DNA of 64,000 nt from an uncultured Bifidobacteriaceae bacterium (GTDB taxonomy: Bacteria; Actinomycetota; Actinomycetes; S36-B12). Within the stretch, counting starts at the first letter, position 1, and each line of letters begins with the position of its first letter. The stretch is taken from NCBI GenBank assembly GCA_964597445.1, contig CAZQXO010000007.1:1661-65660 (forward strand), read 5' to 3'. The position numbers were made by a program, and so were the translations under genes. The notes under the pieces were generated by a model that searched no databases, had not been told where the DNA came from, and saw only the letters and a list, made by a program, of their open reading frames with translations. This document shows positions 7,641 through 18,112 of the stretch, in pieces.

Positions 7641-9383
7641 CTACCCGCTCCAGGCGACCTGGCCCCCGACGTAGGTCGCCTGGAAGGTAACGTCAGCCCA
7701 CCCTGACGGATCCGAGTTCCAGGGGTTGCCATCGGCGAGACCGAAGTCAGCGGCCTTGCCCACCTCCAGGCTTCCCCGGTCGTCGGCGTGAATCTGCCAT
7801 GCGGCGTTCGTCGTGATGGCGGCCAGTGCCTGCTCGGGAGTCGCGCACTCCGTGGCATTGAGCACCTGCCCGTCGGCCTTGGTCTGACGCAGCACCGCGG
7901 TCCTGGCACTCAGCAGCGGATGGACTGCCGTCACGTTGTAGTCCGAGTGAAGCGACGGGCGCAGGCCGGCCTTGTAGGCCGATGCGACGCGGTCCAGGCG
8001 TCCGGCCCGCGCAGGTCCCAGGATGGTGTCGCGGAAGGCGGCGCCCCAGTAGTAGACGTGGTTCATCAGGAAGCTCGGAGACAGGCCTGCTGCGGCGATG
8101 CGCGCGAGTTGATCATCGGTCGTGAACGAGCAGTGCTCGAGGCGATGCCGCAGATCCGTGTCGCCGTAGGACGGCAGGAGCTCCTCGTAGGCCTCGAGAA
8201 CGAACTCGACCGCGGCATCACCGTTGGTGTGCACCATGATCTGCCACCCGTCATCGAGACCGGCACGCAAGGCCACGCGCAGGGACTCTGGCGTGTAGTC
8301 CGCCTTGCCGCCGTTGTCCTCGCCCAGGTAGGGCTGCAGGAAGTAGCCGGAGCGACCCTGATTCGATCCGTCGGACACGACCTTCCAGGCGTCGGCGCGG
8401 AGCATCTCGTCACCGCTGAAGGGCGTGACGCCGGCGGCCTTCCACTGAGCCGCCACCTGGGTCGGAGTCAGCCCGGGCAGCACGGCGAACTGTGCGGTGG
8501 ACACGCGCACGGGGAATCGGGCCTGGCCGTTGAGCTGGTGCAGGAGGGCCAGCTCCTTGGGTCCGGCCAGTGCACCCGTGGCCGCCTCGCGCACCGACGT
8601 CACCCCCTGGGCTGCGCAGGCCGTGAGGATCTCGCGGATGTAGCGCGCCACGTCGGTCATGTTCGGCTGGGGCAGGCCCTTGAGGATGAGCTGCTCCGCC
8701 GGGGGCTCGCCCACGACGCCGGTCATCTTCCCGTCAGCGCGCTCGAAGGTGCCGCCCGGCGGATCTGGAGTCTCGTCGGTGATGCCTGCGGCGGCGAACA
8801 TCGCGCTGTTCACGTACATGAAGTGCCCGGAGGCATTCCAGACCAGCACAGGATTGCTCGGTGCGAGCTGATCGAGCATGGTGCGTGTGAGCACCGGTTC
8901 CCCGGGATACAGGCTGGGATCGAAGTTCTTGAAGCAGACAGGTGTGCCCTGGGGCGCCTTGGCGACTGCCGCCTTGATCGCTGCAGTGACGTCATCGAGG
9001 GTCGGGCACGAGTCGTGGGCCAGGTCCACGTCGGGGTAGTTGAGCAATGACGTCCAGATGTGCATGTGGGGATCGATGAGCCCGGGGAGGATGAACCCGC
9101 CGGGCTTGAGCGTGGTGGTGGACGAGGTGACCAGGCCCTCGACGTCGGCCTGCGACCCGATCCCGATGATCACCCCGCCGGAGATCGCCATGGCCTCGGC
9201 CGTCGGCATGGCCGGGTTGTTCGTGACGATGTCGCCGATGACGACGACGTCTGCCGTGGATCCTGATGGATTCCCCTTGGCATGGTGCGCGGGAGAGATG
9301 GACTCCGAGACTCCCGCGAGTGCAGGGCCGACGTGGGCGGCGGCCAAACCCTTGGGATTGCAGCAGGATGTGGACGAGAACAT
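7641..9383 (-). CDS. Amidohydrolase family protein (amidohydrolase_3 / metal-dependent hydrolase)
   Basis: C-terminal 580 aa of ORF 7641..9803. DVVVIGDIVTNNPAMPTAEAMAISGGVIIGIGS, LPGLIDPHMHIW, IMVHTNGDAAVE, LSPSFLMNHVYYWG, LHSDYNV. ATG 9383 is the first plausible start. The upstream 140 aa of the track ORF are Ser/Ala/Arg-rich and overlap the divergent gene region. Confidence 0.85.
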   Translation of the reverse strand: MFSSTSCCNPKGLAAAHVGPALAGVSESISPAHHAKGNPSGSTADVVVIGDIVTNNPAMPTAEAMAISGGVIIGIGSQADVEGLVTSSTTTLKPGGFILPGLIDPHMHIWTSLLNYPDVDLAHDSCPTLDDVTAAIKAAVAKAPQGTPVCFKNFDPSLYPGEPVLTRTMLDQLAPSNPVLVWNASGHFMYVNSAMFAAAGITDETPDPPGGTFERADGKMTGVVGEPPAEQLILKGLPQPNMTDVARYIREILTACAAQGVTSVREAATGALAGPKELALLHQLNGQARFPVRVSTAQFAVLPGLTPTQVAAQWKAAGVTPFSGDEMLRADAWKVVSDGSNQGRSGYFLQPYLGEDNGGKADYTPESLRVALRAGLDDGWQIMVHTNGDAAVEFVLEAYEELLPSYGDTDLRHRLEHCSFTTDDQLARIAAAGLSPSFLMNHVYYWGAAFRDTILGPARAGRLDRVASAYKAGLRPSLHSDYNVTAVHPLLSARTAVLRQTKADGQVLNATECATPEQALAAITTNAAWQIHADDRGSLEVGKAADFGLADGNPWNSDPSGWADVTFQATYVGGQVAWSG

Positions 9384-9564
9384 GTGGGCCCCCTCGCTCG
9401 ACTTACGTGTCTCGGAGATTAGTGCCTGATGCCGGGGAGGACACCCCCAAGGGTGAATCGCAGCGATCGCGCATGACGAGGCGAGGGCGGATCCTCCACG
9501 GTGGCAGGCGATGTTGCTACCTTGCGCCGATGCGCTCTCGACCCTCCGACGGCCGACGACAGTC

Positions 9565-10053
9565 ATGGGTTCGATCATGAGCGACTCTCGCGGCTGGGAT
9601 CTCGCACAAGTCAACATCGCCCGACTCAGGGAACCCCTGGACTCGGCTGCGCTGGCCGACTTCGTCGCCGCGCTCGATCCGGTGAACGCCGAGGCCGAGG
9701 CTGCGCCGGGATTCCTCTGGCGGCTGCAGGCGGACGACGGCAATGCCACGTCCATCCGTGCCTTCGAGTGGGATGAGAGGGGTACGGCGGGTGTCATCGT
9801 CAATCTCTCGACGTGGTCGTCGCCGGGGGACCTTCGGGCGTTCGTGTACTCCGGTCTCCATCGCGAGGTCCTGCGCAGGCGACGGGAGTGGTTCCATCAC
9901 GTGGCCGAGGGCATGACGGCACTGTGGTGGGTGCCCGCGGGCCATCGGCCGACCACGGACGAGGCTGAGGACGCGATCCGCTCACTGCGAGAGCACGGTC
10001 CGACCGCAGCCGCCTTCGGGCTCGACGATGCGTGGTCCGCGCCCGACAGGTGA
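9565..10053 (+). CDS. DUF3291 domain-containing protein
   Basis: ORF 9511..10053. WDLAQVNIARLREPLDSAALADFVAALDPVNAEAEAAPGFLWRLQ...VNLSTWSSPGDLRAFVY. The start is ATG 9565 or 9577. Confidence 0.7.
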   Translation: MGSIMSDSRGWDLAQVNIARLREPLDSAALADFVAALDPVNAEAEAAPGFLWRLQADDGNATSIRAFEWDERGTAGVIVNLSTWSSPGDLRAFVYSGLHREVLRRRREWFHHVAEGMTALWWVPAGHRPTTDEAEDAIRSLREHGPTAAAFGLDDAWSAPDR

Positions 10054-10118
10054 TCCGGAAGAGAATCCCCACGAGCACCCGGGATGTCCGCCATCACCTC
10101 CCGGCATGACAATGAGGG

Positions 10119-12152
<2,034 letters not shown>

Positions 12153-12194
12153 CCTGAGGCTGACGGCTCATCCGAGCCGCAGGCGGGAGCGACG

Positions 12195-12956
12195 GTGGGC
12201 CTCAGTGACCTCGTGTACGGGGTCTACGAGCGTCGGCTCTACCAGCAGATCCCGCCCGAGCGTCGGCCCTGCCACATCGGCGTCATCCTGGACGGCAACC
12301 GTCGGTGGGCGAGCGTCCAGGGCACGACGTCATCAGACGGCCATCGGGCCGGTGCCGCGAAGATCGTCGAGTTCCTCGGCTGGTGCGATGACGCCGGAGT
12401 CGAGGTCGTCACGCTGTGGCTGCTCTCGACCGACAACCTGAACCGTCCACCCGCCGAGCTCGACGCCCTGCTGGGGATCATCGAGGACACCGTGAACGGG
12501 CTCGTCGGCCAGGGGCGCTGGCGCCTGCACCCGGTCGGTGCTCTCGATCTCCTGCCGGCGCGCACGGCCCGCCTGCTCAAGGAGGCCGAGGAGAGCACCG
12601 CCGACATCGACGGGTCACTCGTCAACGTGGCTGTCGGGTACGGCGGGCGCCGCGAGGTCGTCGACGCGGTGCGCTCGCTCCTCCAGGAGCACGCATCGCA
12701 GGGCACGTCACTCGACGAGCTGGCCCAGCTCCTCGAGCCGGATCACATCGCCGAGCACCTCTACACCAAGGGCCAGCCGGATCCGGACCTCGTCATCCGG
12801 ACCTCCGGTGAGCAGCGGCTCTCCGGCTTCCTCATGTGGCAGAGCGCCCACTCGGAGTTCTACTTCTGCGAGGCGTACTGGCCGGACTTCCGGCACGTCG
12901 ACTTCCTCCGGGCGCTTCGGGCCTACGCCGAGCGGGAGCGGCGGTTCGGCTCCTAG
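12195..12956 (+). CDS. uppS: Isoprenyl transferase (cis-prenyl diphosphate synthase, UppS family)
   Basis: HIGVILDGNRRWA, TLWLLSTDNLNRP, RTSGEQRLSGFLMWQSAHSEFYF. GTG start. Confidence 0.9.
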   Translation: MGLSDLVYGVYERRLYQQIPPERRPCHIGVILDGNRRWASVQGTTSSDGHRAGAAKIVEFLGWCDDAGVEVVTLWLLSTDNLNRPPAELDALLGIIEDTVNGLVGQGRWRLHPVGALDLLPARTARLLKEAEESTADIDGSLVNVAVGYGGRREVVDAVRSLLQEHASQGTSLDELAQLLEPDHIAEHLYTKGQPDPDLVIRTSGEQRLSGFLMWQSAHSEFYFCEAYWPDFRHVDFLRALRAYAERERRFGS

Positions 12957-12963
12957 CCCGTCG

Positions 12964-13395
12964 TCATCCGACGGTCAGCACTCCCCGGCGAAGATCCGAC
13001 TTCACATCGAAGAGCCCGCGGGTCGCCGGGCCGAGGACCAGAGCGCCGGTCGACGTGAACTCCGAGCCGTGGGCCGGGCAGATCCAGCCTTCCGGGTCCC
13101 GTACGACGGTGGCCCCCTGATGCGGGCAGACGAGGGAGAGCGCTCGGTAGCCGCCGGCCGTCCGTGCCACGGCGACGGGGCGCCCCTGCACCGTGCCGAC
13201 GCGAACCGCGCCACCGACCTGCTGCAGTTCAGGAATGCGCCGCACCTGGACAGCGAGGCGACCGTCGGGCAGTCGGCGCACCGTCGACTCGGCGGCGGCG
13301 GGCAGGGCCACCGCCGCCGAGGCGGCCAGTCCGAGAGCGGCGCACGCGCCGGTCAGGACCGCTCGTCGCGTCAGTCCCTCACCCGCGCCGCTCAT
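12964..13395 (-). CDS. Exported Rieske (2Fe-2S) protein with twin-arginine signal
   Basis: C-terminal 143 aa of the spurious 831-aa ORF 12964..15459. MSGAGEGLTRRAVLTGACAALGLAASAAVA is Tat-like. The Rieske ligand boxes CPHQG and CPAHGSEF are present. ATG at 13395 overlaps the upstream stop (ATGA). Confidence 0.85.
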   Translation of the reverse strand: MSGAGEGLTRRAVLTGACAALGLAASAAVALPAAAESTVRRLPDGRLAVQVRRIPELQQVGGAVRVGTVQGRPVAVARTAGGYRALSLVCPHQGATVVRDPEGWICPAHGSEFTSTGALVLGPATRGLFDVKSDLRRGVLTVG

Positions 13396-13985
13396 CCCCG
13401 ACCCTGCAGCGTCACGTCGGCGGTGGCGAAGAGCGTGCCGTCCGGCAGTGACCCGGCGGGGAGCCCGAGGCCGGACTCGACCACCGCACCGACACCCGGA
13501 GCCACCACGAGTCGTGCACCCGAGATGGTTGTCACGCCGTCCTTCGTGGACGTCTTCACCTGTGCGGCGTTCGGGATCCGGAACACGGTGGTCGCCTTGC
13601 TGGCATTGCCGACGGACGCGCGGACGACACCGGAGCGCAGATCGATGATCGGGTTGCGCAGCTCCACCTGGCGATCGCCGGCGGTGTTGAACAGGACGAG
13701 CGTGCTGCCCTGGTGCTTGACCGTGGGCGAGCTGCCGGTGACGGGCACGTGGAACACGACCTGGCCGTTGGATGCCGCGATCGAGTCGCCCATGACGCCG
13801 CTGGTCGCGCCGCCCCGGGCGTACAGGACGACCCCGGCGGTCTCGAGGGCCGATGCCAGACCGGGGGCCGTCTTGATGTGGGTCATGCTCGATCCGGATC
13901 CGGAGTCGGCGAGGGCCGTTCCGGTCGAGGTGAGGGCCGTGAGTCCGAGGACGAGCCCGGTGATGATCGAGGCAGAGCGGCGCAT
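13392..13985 (-). CDS. Secreted hypothetical protein (Gly/Ser/Thr/Val-rich, probably beta-rich)
   Basis: Internal ATG 13985 of ORF 13392..14189. MRRSASIITGLVLGLTALTSTGTALA signal peptide. No family recognised. Translationally coupled to the Rieske gene. Confidence 0.6.
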   Translation of the reverse strand: MRRSASIITGLVLGLTALTSTGTALADSGSGSSMTHIKTAPGLASALETAGVVLYARGGATSGVMGDSIAASNGQVVFHVPVTGSSPTVKHQGSTLVLFNTAGDRQVELRNPIIDLRSGVVRASVGNASKATTVFRIPNAAQVKTSTKDGVTTISGARLVVAPGVGAVVESGLGLPAGSLPDGTLFATADVTLQGRG

Positions 13986-14217
13986 GGGTTCTCCAGGGTC
14001 GAGTCGTCGAGGGATTGGGGCGTCCCGATTCGAGGGTGAGCCATGAATCCGGATTCCGCAAACCGGGTGAGGGGCGGTCAGGTGGCGACCGCGTGAACGT
14101 CGGCGTGGCGTCGGGCAACCCCGGTTCGGGCGTCCTAGCGTCATGGCCAACGACCGGGGCGCCTGCCGCGGTCGACCGCACCGGGTCACCGGGCTGGTGG
14201 CCCCTCAGGGAGGTCAC

Positions 14218-15534
14218 GTGCCCACTGCCCGCTCGCAGGGATCGAACCGCCGCACCTACGTCCTGGACACCTCTGTCCTGCTGTCCGATCCGCGAGCACT
14301 GCTCCGCTTCGACGAGCACGACGTCGTCATCCCGATCGTCGTCGTGACGGAGCTGGAGGCCAAGCGCAGCCACCCCGAGCTCGGCTACTTCGCGCGTCAG
14401 GCGCTGCGACTGCTCGACGACCTGCGCGTCCAGAACGGCCGGCTCGACGAGCCGATGCTGGTGGGCGAGGCCGGTGGCACGGTGCGCGTGGAACTGAACC
14501 ACACCGACGTCTCCGTCCTCCCGAGCGGACTCCAGCTGGGCGACAACGACACCCGCATCCTCGCCGTCGCGCGGAACCTGCAGGCCGAGGGCCACGGTGT
14601 CGTCCTGGTGAGCAAGGACCTCCCGATGCGGGTCAAGGCCTCCTCGGTCGGGCTGACGGCGGAGGAGTATCGGGCGGAGCTGGTCGTGGAGACCGGCTAC
14701 ACCGGCATGGCGGAGCTGGATGTCTCGGTGTCGGACGTGGACCGTCTCTACGAGGAGCAGGTCGTCGAGATCGAGGCCGCAGCCGACCTTCCGTGCCACA
14801 CCGGTGTCGTCCTCCTGTCGGATCGGGGGAGCGCACTGGGTCGGGTGACCTCGGACAAGCGGGTGCGCCTGGTGCGCGGTGATCGCGAGGCGTTCGGGAT
14901 CCACGGGCGCAGCGCCGAGCAGCGCATCGCACTCGACATCCTCCTGGACCCGGAGATCGGCATCGTCTCGCTTGGCGGCCGTGCAGGCACGGGCAAGAGC
15001 GCCCTGGCCCTGTGCGCCGGGCTCGAGGCTGTCCTCGAGCGTCGCCAGCATCGCAAGGTGATCGTGTTCCGGCCCCTCTTCGCTGTCGGGGGGCAGGAGC
15101 TCGGCTACCTCCCGGGCACGGAGGCGGAGAAGATGTCGCCGTGGGGTCAGGCCGTGTTCGACACCCTCGGCGCGGTGACCACCCAGGAGGTCGTCGAGGA
15201 GATCGTCGACCGCGGAATGCTCGAGGTCCTGCCGCTGACCCACATCCGCGGACGTTCCCTGCACGACGCGTTCGTGATCGTCGACGAGGCCCAGTCCCTC
15301 GAGCGCAACGTCCTGCTCACCGTGCTCTCGCGCGTGGGCCGCGATAGCCGGGTCGTCCTCACCCACGATGTCGCCCAGCGCGACAACCTCCGGGTGGGAC
15401 GGCACGACGGGGTCGTCGCGGTCGTCGAGAAGCTCAAGGGCCACCCGCTCTTCGCGCACGTGACCCTGACCCGCTCGGAGCGGTCCCCGATCGCGGCCCT
15501 GGTGACCGAGATGCTCGAGGACATTCAGGTCTGA
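14218..15534 (+). CDS. phoH2: PhoH2-type protein (N-terminal PIN domain fused to PhoH-like ATPase)
   Basis: ORF 14143..15534. GTG 14218 follows GGAGG. The PIN region is [15 protein letters not shown]...[12 protein letters not shown]...[10 protein letters not shown]. The PhoH region has Walker A GRAGTGKS and IVDEAQS. Confidence 0.85.
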   Translation: MPTARSQGSNRRTYVLDTSVLLSDPRALLRFDEHDVVIPIVVVTELEAKRSHPELGYFARQALRLLDDLRVQNGRLDEPMLVGEAGGTVRVELNHTDVSVLPSGLQLGDNDTRILAVARNLQAEGHGVVLVSKDLPMRVKASSVGLTAEEYRAELVVETGYTGMAELDVSVSDVDRLYEEQVVEIEAAADLPCHTGVVLLSDRGSALGRVTSDKRVRLVRGDREAFGIHGRSAEQRIALDILLDPEIGIVSLGGRAGTGKSALALCAGLEAVLERRQHRKVIVFRPLFAVGGQELGYLPGTEAEKMSPWGQAVFDTLGAVTTQEVVEEIVDRGMLEVLPLTHIRGRSLHDAFVIVDEAQSLERNVLLTVLSRVGRDSRVVLTHDVAQRDNLRVGRHDGVVAVVEKLKGHPLFAHVTLTRSERSPIAALVTEMLEDIQV

Positions 15535-15550
15535 CCCCTGTGGATGACTA

Positions 15551-15566
15551 TGTGATGGTCATCACA
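15551..15566. promoter_or_regulatory. Perfect CRP/FNR-family consensus palindrome TGTGA-TGGTCA-TCACA
   Basis: Read directly. TGTGA at 15551-15555 and TCACA at 15562-15566, with 6-nt spacing. It lies 17 bp after the phoH2 stop and about 200 bp upstream of the 15767 start. Confidence 0.5.
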
Positions 15567-15614
15567 CACCTATGGCAGCCTTCCCTCATGGCCCTGTGAG
15601 CCGTGGTGCTGGTG

Positions 15615-15628
15615 TCCGATTTATCGGA
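15615..15628. promoter_or_regulatory. Perfect palindrome TCCGAT-TT-ATCGGA in an AT-richer patch
   Basis: Read directly in the same 232-bp intergenic region. The binding protein is unknown. Confidence 0.3.
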
Positions 15629-15766
15629 TATCTCCTGTGACATGGGCCACCCCGGTCCGGCGTGACAATCCTGTGATTCTTGGGCAGCGTAGGAACCCGG
15701 TCGGGCCCGCGTGGGCGCCGATCGCACCAGCCGAGTGAGTCGGACCAGACCGTCGAAGGGTCGTGC

Positions 15767-16393
15767 ATGAGGTCGAGAGTGGGAGCCGTCGCCGCCCTGG
15801 CGCTGGCACTTCCGCTTCTCCTGGCTCCTGCTGTCGCCCAGGCGGACGAGGTCTTCTACCCCGCAGGCCAGGAGCCCCCCGCGGCCCCGGTCGAGAGGCC
15901 CAAGGCCGAGCGGCCGGCACCCGCGAACTCCGCGCCGGACGCCCCCACGCCGGGCGACGCCGACACCGATCGGACGGGCGGCGCGGACCTCTCCTCGATG
16001 AACGATCGCGAGCGGGAGGCGGCGCATGCCCGCGGCAGCCGCATGGCGATCGACCTGATGGGCTGGCAGCCCAGCCTGTACCAGGGCAAGTGGTTCATGC
16101 CCCGGAAGGAGGATGTGCGCCGCTGCATCCTCGATCGCGAGAGCAACTTCAACTACCGGGCCACGAGTGGGGTCTACCACGGTGCGTACCAGATGAGCGC
16201 GGCCCTGGGCCGCGGTGCGACCTGGATGATGCAGCCGGAGGTCCGCCGCGAGATGGGCGAGGAGGGCGTCGCCATCCTCGAGACCCTGCGCAAGCTCACG
16301 CCGAACAGGTGGAACCGCTACTGGCAGGATCGCGCCTTCTGGACGATCTGGCGTGAGGGTGAAGGCGCCCGCCACTGGCACGGCGGCTGCTAG
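15767..16393 (+). CDS. Secreted transglycosylase-like (lytic transglycosylase / Rpf-like fold) protein
   Basis: Internal ATG 15767 of ORF 15680..16393. Signal peptide [26 protein letters not shown], then a Pro/Ala linker, then [25 protein letters not shown]. This resembles the E-S...G..Q catalytic segment of SLT/transglycosylase-like domains. Confidence 0.65.
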   Translation: MRSRVGAVAALALALPLLLAPAVAQADEVFYPAGQEPPAAPVERPKAERPAPANSAPDAPTPGDADTDRTGGADLSSMNDREREAAHARGSRMAIDLMGWQPSLYQGKWFMPRKEDVRRCILDRESNFNYRATSGVYHGAYQMSAALGRGATWMMQPEVRREMGEEGVAILETLRKLTPNRWNRYWQDRAFWTIWREGEGARHWHGGC

Positions 16394-18051
16394 CGAGGCG
16401 GTCCCACCGGGATCTCGGTGATCGGCCGCAGTGTCTCGGCGAAGAAGTCATTGCCCTTGTCGTCGACGACCACGAAGGCGGGGAAGTCCTCGACCTCGAT
16501 TCGCCAGACGGCCTCCATCCCGAGTTCGGGGAAGTCGAGCACCTCCACCTTGCGGATGTTGTCCTGGGCGAGTCGTGCGGCCGGGCCGCCGATCGATCCG
16601 AGGTAGAAGCCGCCGTGCTCCTGGCAGGCCTTCGTGACCGCCGCGCTGCGATTGCCCTTGGCCAGCATGACGAAGGAGCCGCCCTCCTGCTGGAATCGAT
16701 CGACGTAGGAGTCCATGCGCCCGGCGGTCGTGGGGCCGAAGGATCCTGACGCGAAGCCCTCGGGCGTCTTCGCGGGTCCCGCGTAGTAGACCGCGTGGTC
16801 TCGCAGGTACTGGGGCATGGGCTCGCCCCGGTCGAGCATCTCGCGGATGCGCGCATGGGCAAGGTCACGCGCGACGACGAGCGGCCCCGTGAGCGAGACG
16901 CGGGTGCGGATCGGCAACTGCGAGAGCTGCTGACGGATCTCGTCCATCGGGCGGTTCAGGTCGATGCGGACGACGTCGTCGTCCAGGTGGTCGTCGGACA
17001 CCTCCGGCAGGTAGTGCGCCGGCTCGGTCTCGAGTTGCTCGAGGAAGACCCCCTCTCGGGTGATCCGGGCCTTCGCCTGCCGGTCAGCCGAGCAGGAGAC
17101 GGCGATCGCGACGGGGCACGAGGCTCCGTGGCGCGGCAGCCGGATGACCCGCACGTCATGGCAGAAGTACTTGCCCCCGAACTGGGCGCCGATGCCGAAG
17201 CCCTGGGTCATGCGCAGCACCTGCTGCTCCATCTCCAGGTCGCGGTAGCCACGCCCCTCGTCCGAGCCGTGCACGGGAATCGAGTCGTAGTAGCGGGCGC
17301 TGGCGTACTTGGCCACCTTGAGTGCGTACTCCGCGCTCGTTCCTCCGACCACGATCGCGAGGTGGTACGGGGGGCATGCTGCGGTGCCGATCGCGCGCAG
17401 CTTCTCGTCCAGGAAGCGCTCGAAGGCGGCCGGGTTCAGCAGTGCGGCCGTCTCCTGGAACAGGTAGCTCTTGTTCGCACTGCCTCCGCCCTTCGCCATG
17501 AAGAGGAAGTCGTACTGCTGCTCGTGACCCGCGTGGGTGTCGGCGTAGAGCTCGATCTGGGCCGGCAGGTTCGATCCGGTGTTGCGCTCCTGCCACATGC
17601 TCAGCGGCGACATCTGGGAGTAGCGCAGATTGAGGCGCTGGTACGCGTCGTAGATGCCTCGCGCGAGGTCACGCTCGTCGTCGCCTTGAGTGAGCACCTG
17701 CTGGCCGCGCTTGCCCATGACGATCGCGGTGCCGGTGTCCTGGCACATGGGAAGGACGCCCCCAGCGGCCACGTTGGCGTTCTTGAGCAGGTCGAGGGCG
17801 ACGAACCGGTCATTGGGGCTGGCCTCGGGATCGTCGAGGATGCGCCGCAGCTGCGCGAGATGCCCGGGGCGAAGGAGGTGCTGGATGTCGTGGATCGCCT
17901 CGTATGCGAGCAGTCGAAGGGCGTCAGGCTCCACTGCCAGGAAGGTGCGGTCGCCGAGGGTGACCTCCGAGACGCCCTCGGCGGTGAGAAGTCGATAGGG
18001 CGTCTCGTCGGCACCCAGAGGGAGCATGTCCGTGTAGAGGAAGTCCGTCAC
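16390..18051 (-). CDS. fumA: Class I (Fe-S, FumA-type) fumarate hydratase
   Basis: 553 aa. [51 protein letters not shown], and the C-terminal beta domain [16 protein letters not shown]...YYAGPAKTP. Confidence 0.9.
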   Translation of the reverse strand: MTDFLYTDMLPLGADETPYRLLTAEGVSEVTLGDRTFLAVEPDALRLLAYEAIHDIQHLLRPGHLAQLRRILDDPEASPNDRFVALDLLKNANVAAGGVLPMCQDTGTAIVMGKRGQQVLTQGDDERDLARGIYDAYQRLNLRYSQMSPLSMWQERNTGSNLPAQIELYADTHAGHEQQYDFLFMAKGGGSANKSYLFQETAALLNPAAFERFLDEKLRAIGTAACPPYHLAIVVGGTSAEYALKVAKYASARYYDSIPVHGSDEGRGYRDLEMEQQVLRMTQGFGIGAQFGGKYFCHDVRVIRLPRHGASCPVAIAVSCSADRQAKARITREGVFLEQLETEPAHYLPEVSDDHLDDDVVRIDLNRPMDEIRQQLSQLPIRTRVSLTGPLVVARDLAHARIREMLDRGEPMPQYLRDHAVYYAGPAKTPEGFASGSFGPTTAGRMDSYVDRFQQEGGSFVMLAKGNRSAAVTKACQEHGGFYLGSIGGPAARLAQDNIRKVEVLDFPELGMEAVWRIEVEDFPAFVVVDDKGNDFFAETLRPITEIPVGPPR

Positions 18052-18112
18052 AGGTTCAGCGTAGGGGGAGACGAGCGAGGCGGTGCCTTCGTGACCATGG
18101 TGGTGACCGGTC

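Noticed and set aside
7641-9803. The full 720-aa version of the amidohydrolase ORF, and similarly the 849-aa version of the S9 peptidase ORF (30921-33470) and the 465-aa version of 25264-26661.
   Set aside because: The N-terminal extensions are low-complexity, run across divergent promoters or into neighbouring conserved genes (mshB, ychF), and are not part of the recognised domains. Internal starts give proteins of family-typical length.
12964-15459. An 831-aa ORF on the minus strand, the longest in the track.
   Set aside because: Most of it is antisense to the strongly supported phoH2 gene and to other real genes, and it is Arg/Pro/Gly/Asp-rich with no motifs. Only its last 143 codons (the Rieske protein) are credible. 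Long antisense ORFs are expected at this GC content.
15535-15766. Possible ydaO-type cyclic-di-AMP riboswitch upstream of the Rpf/transglycosylase-like gene, as found before rpfA in some actinobacteria.
   Set aside because: I could not find the conserved cores I remember for this class (GGGGUGAAUC-like and CCGACAGCU.ACCUCGUA.GCG-like segments). A covariance-model search would be needed to overturn this.
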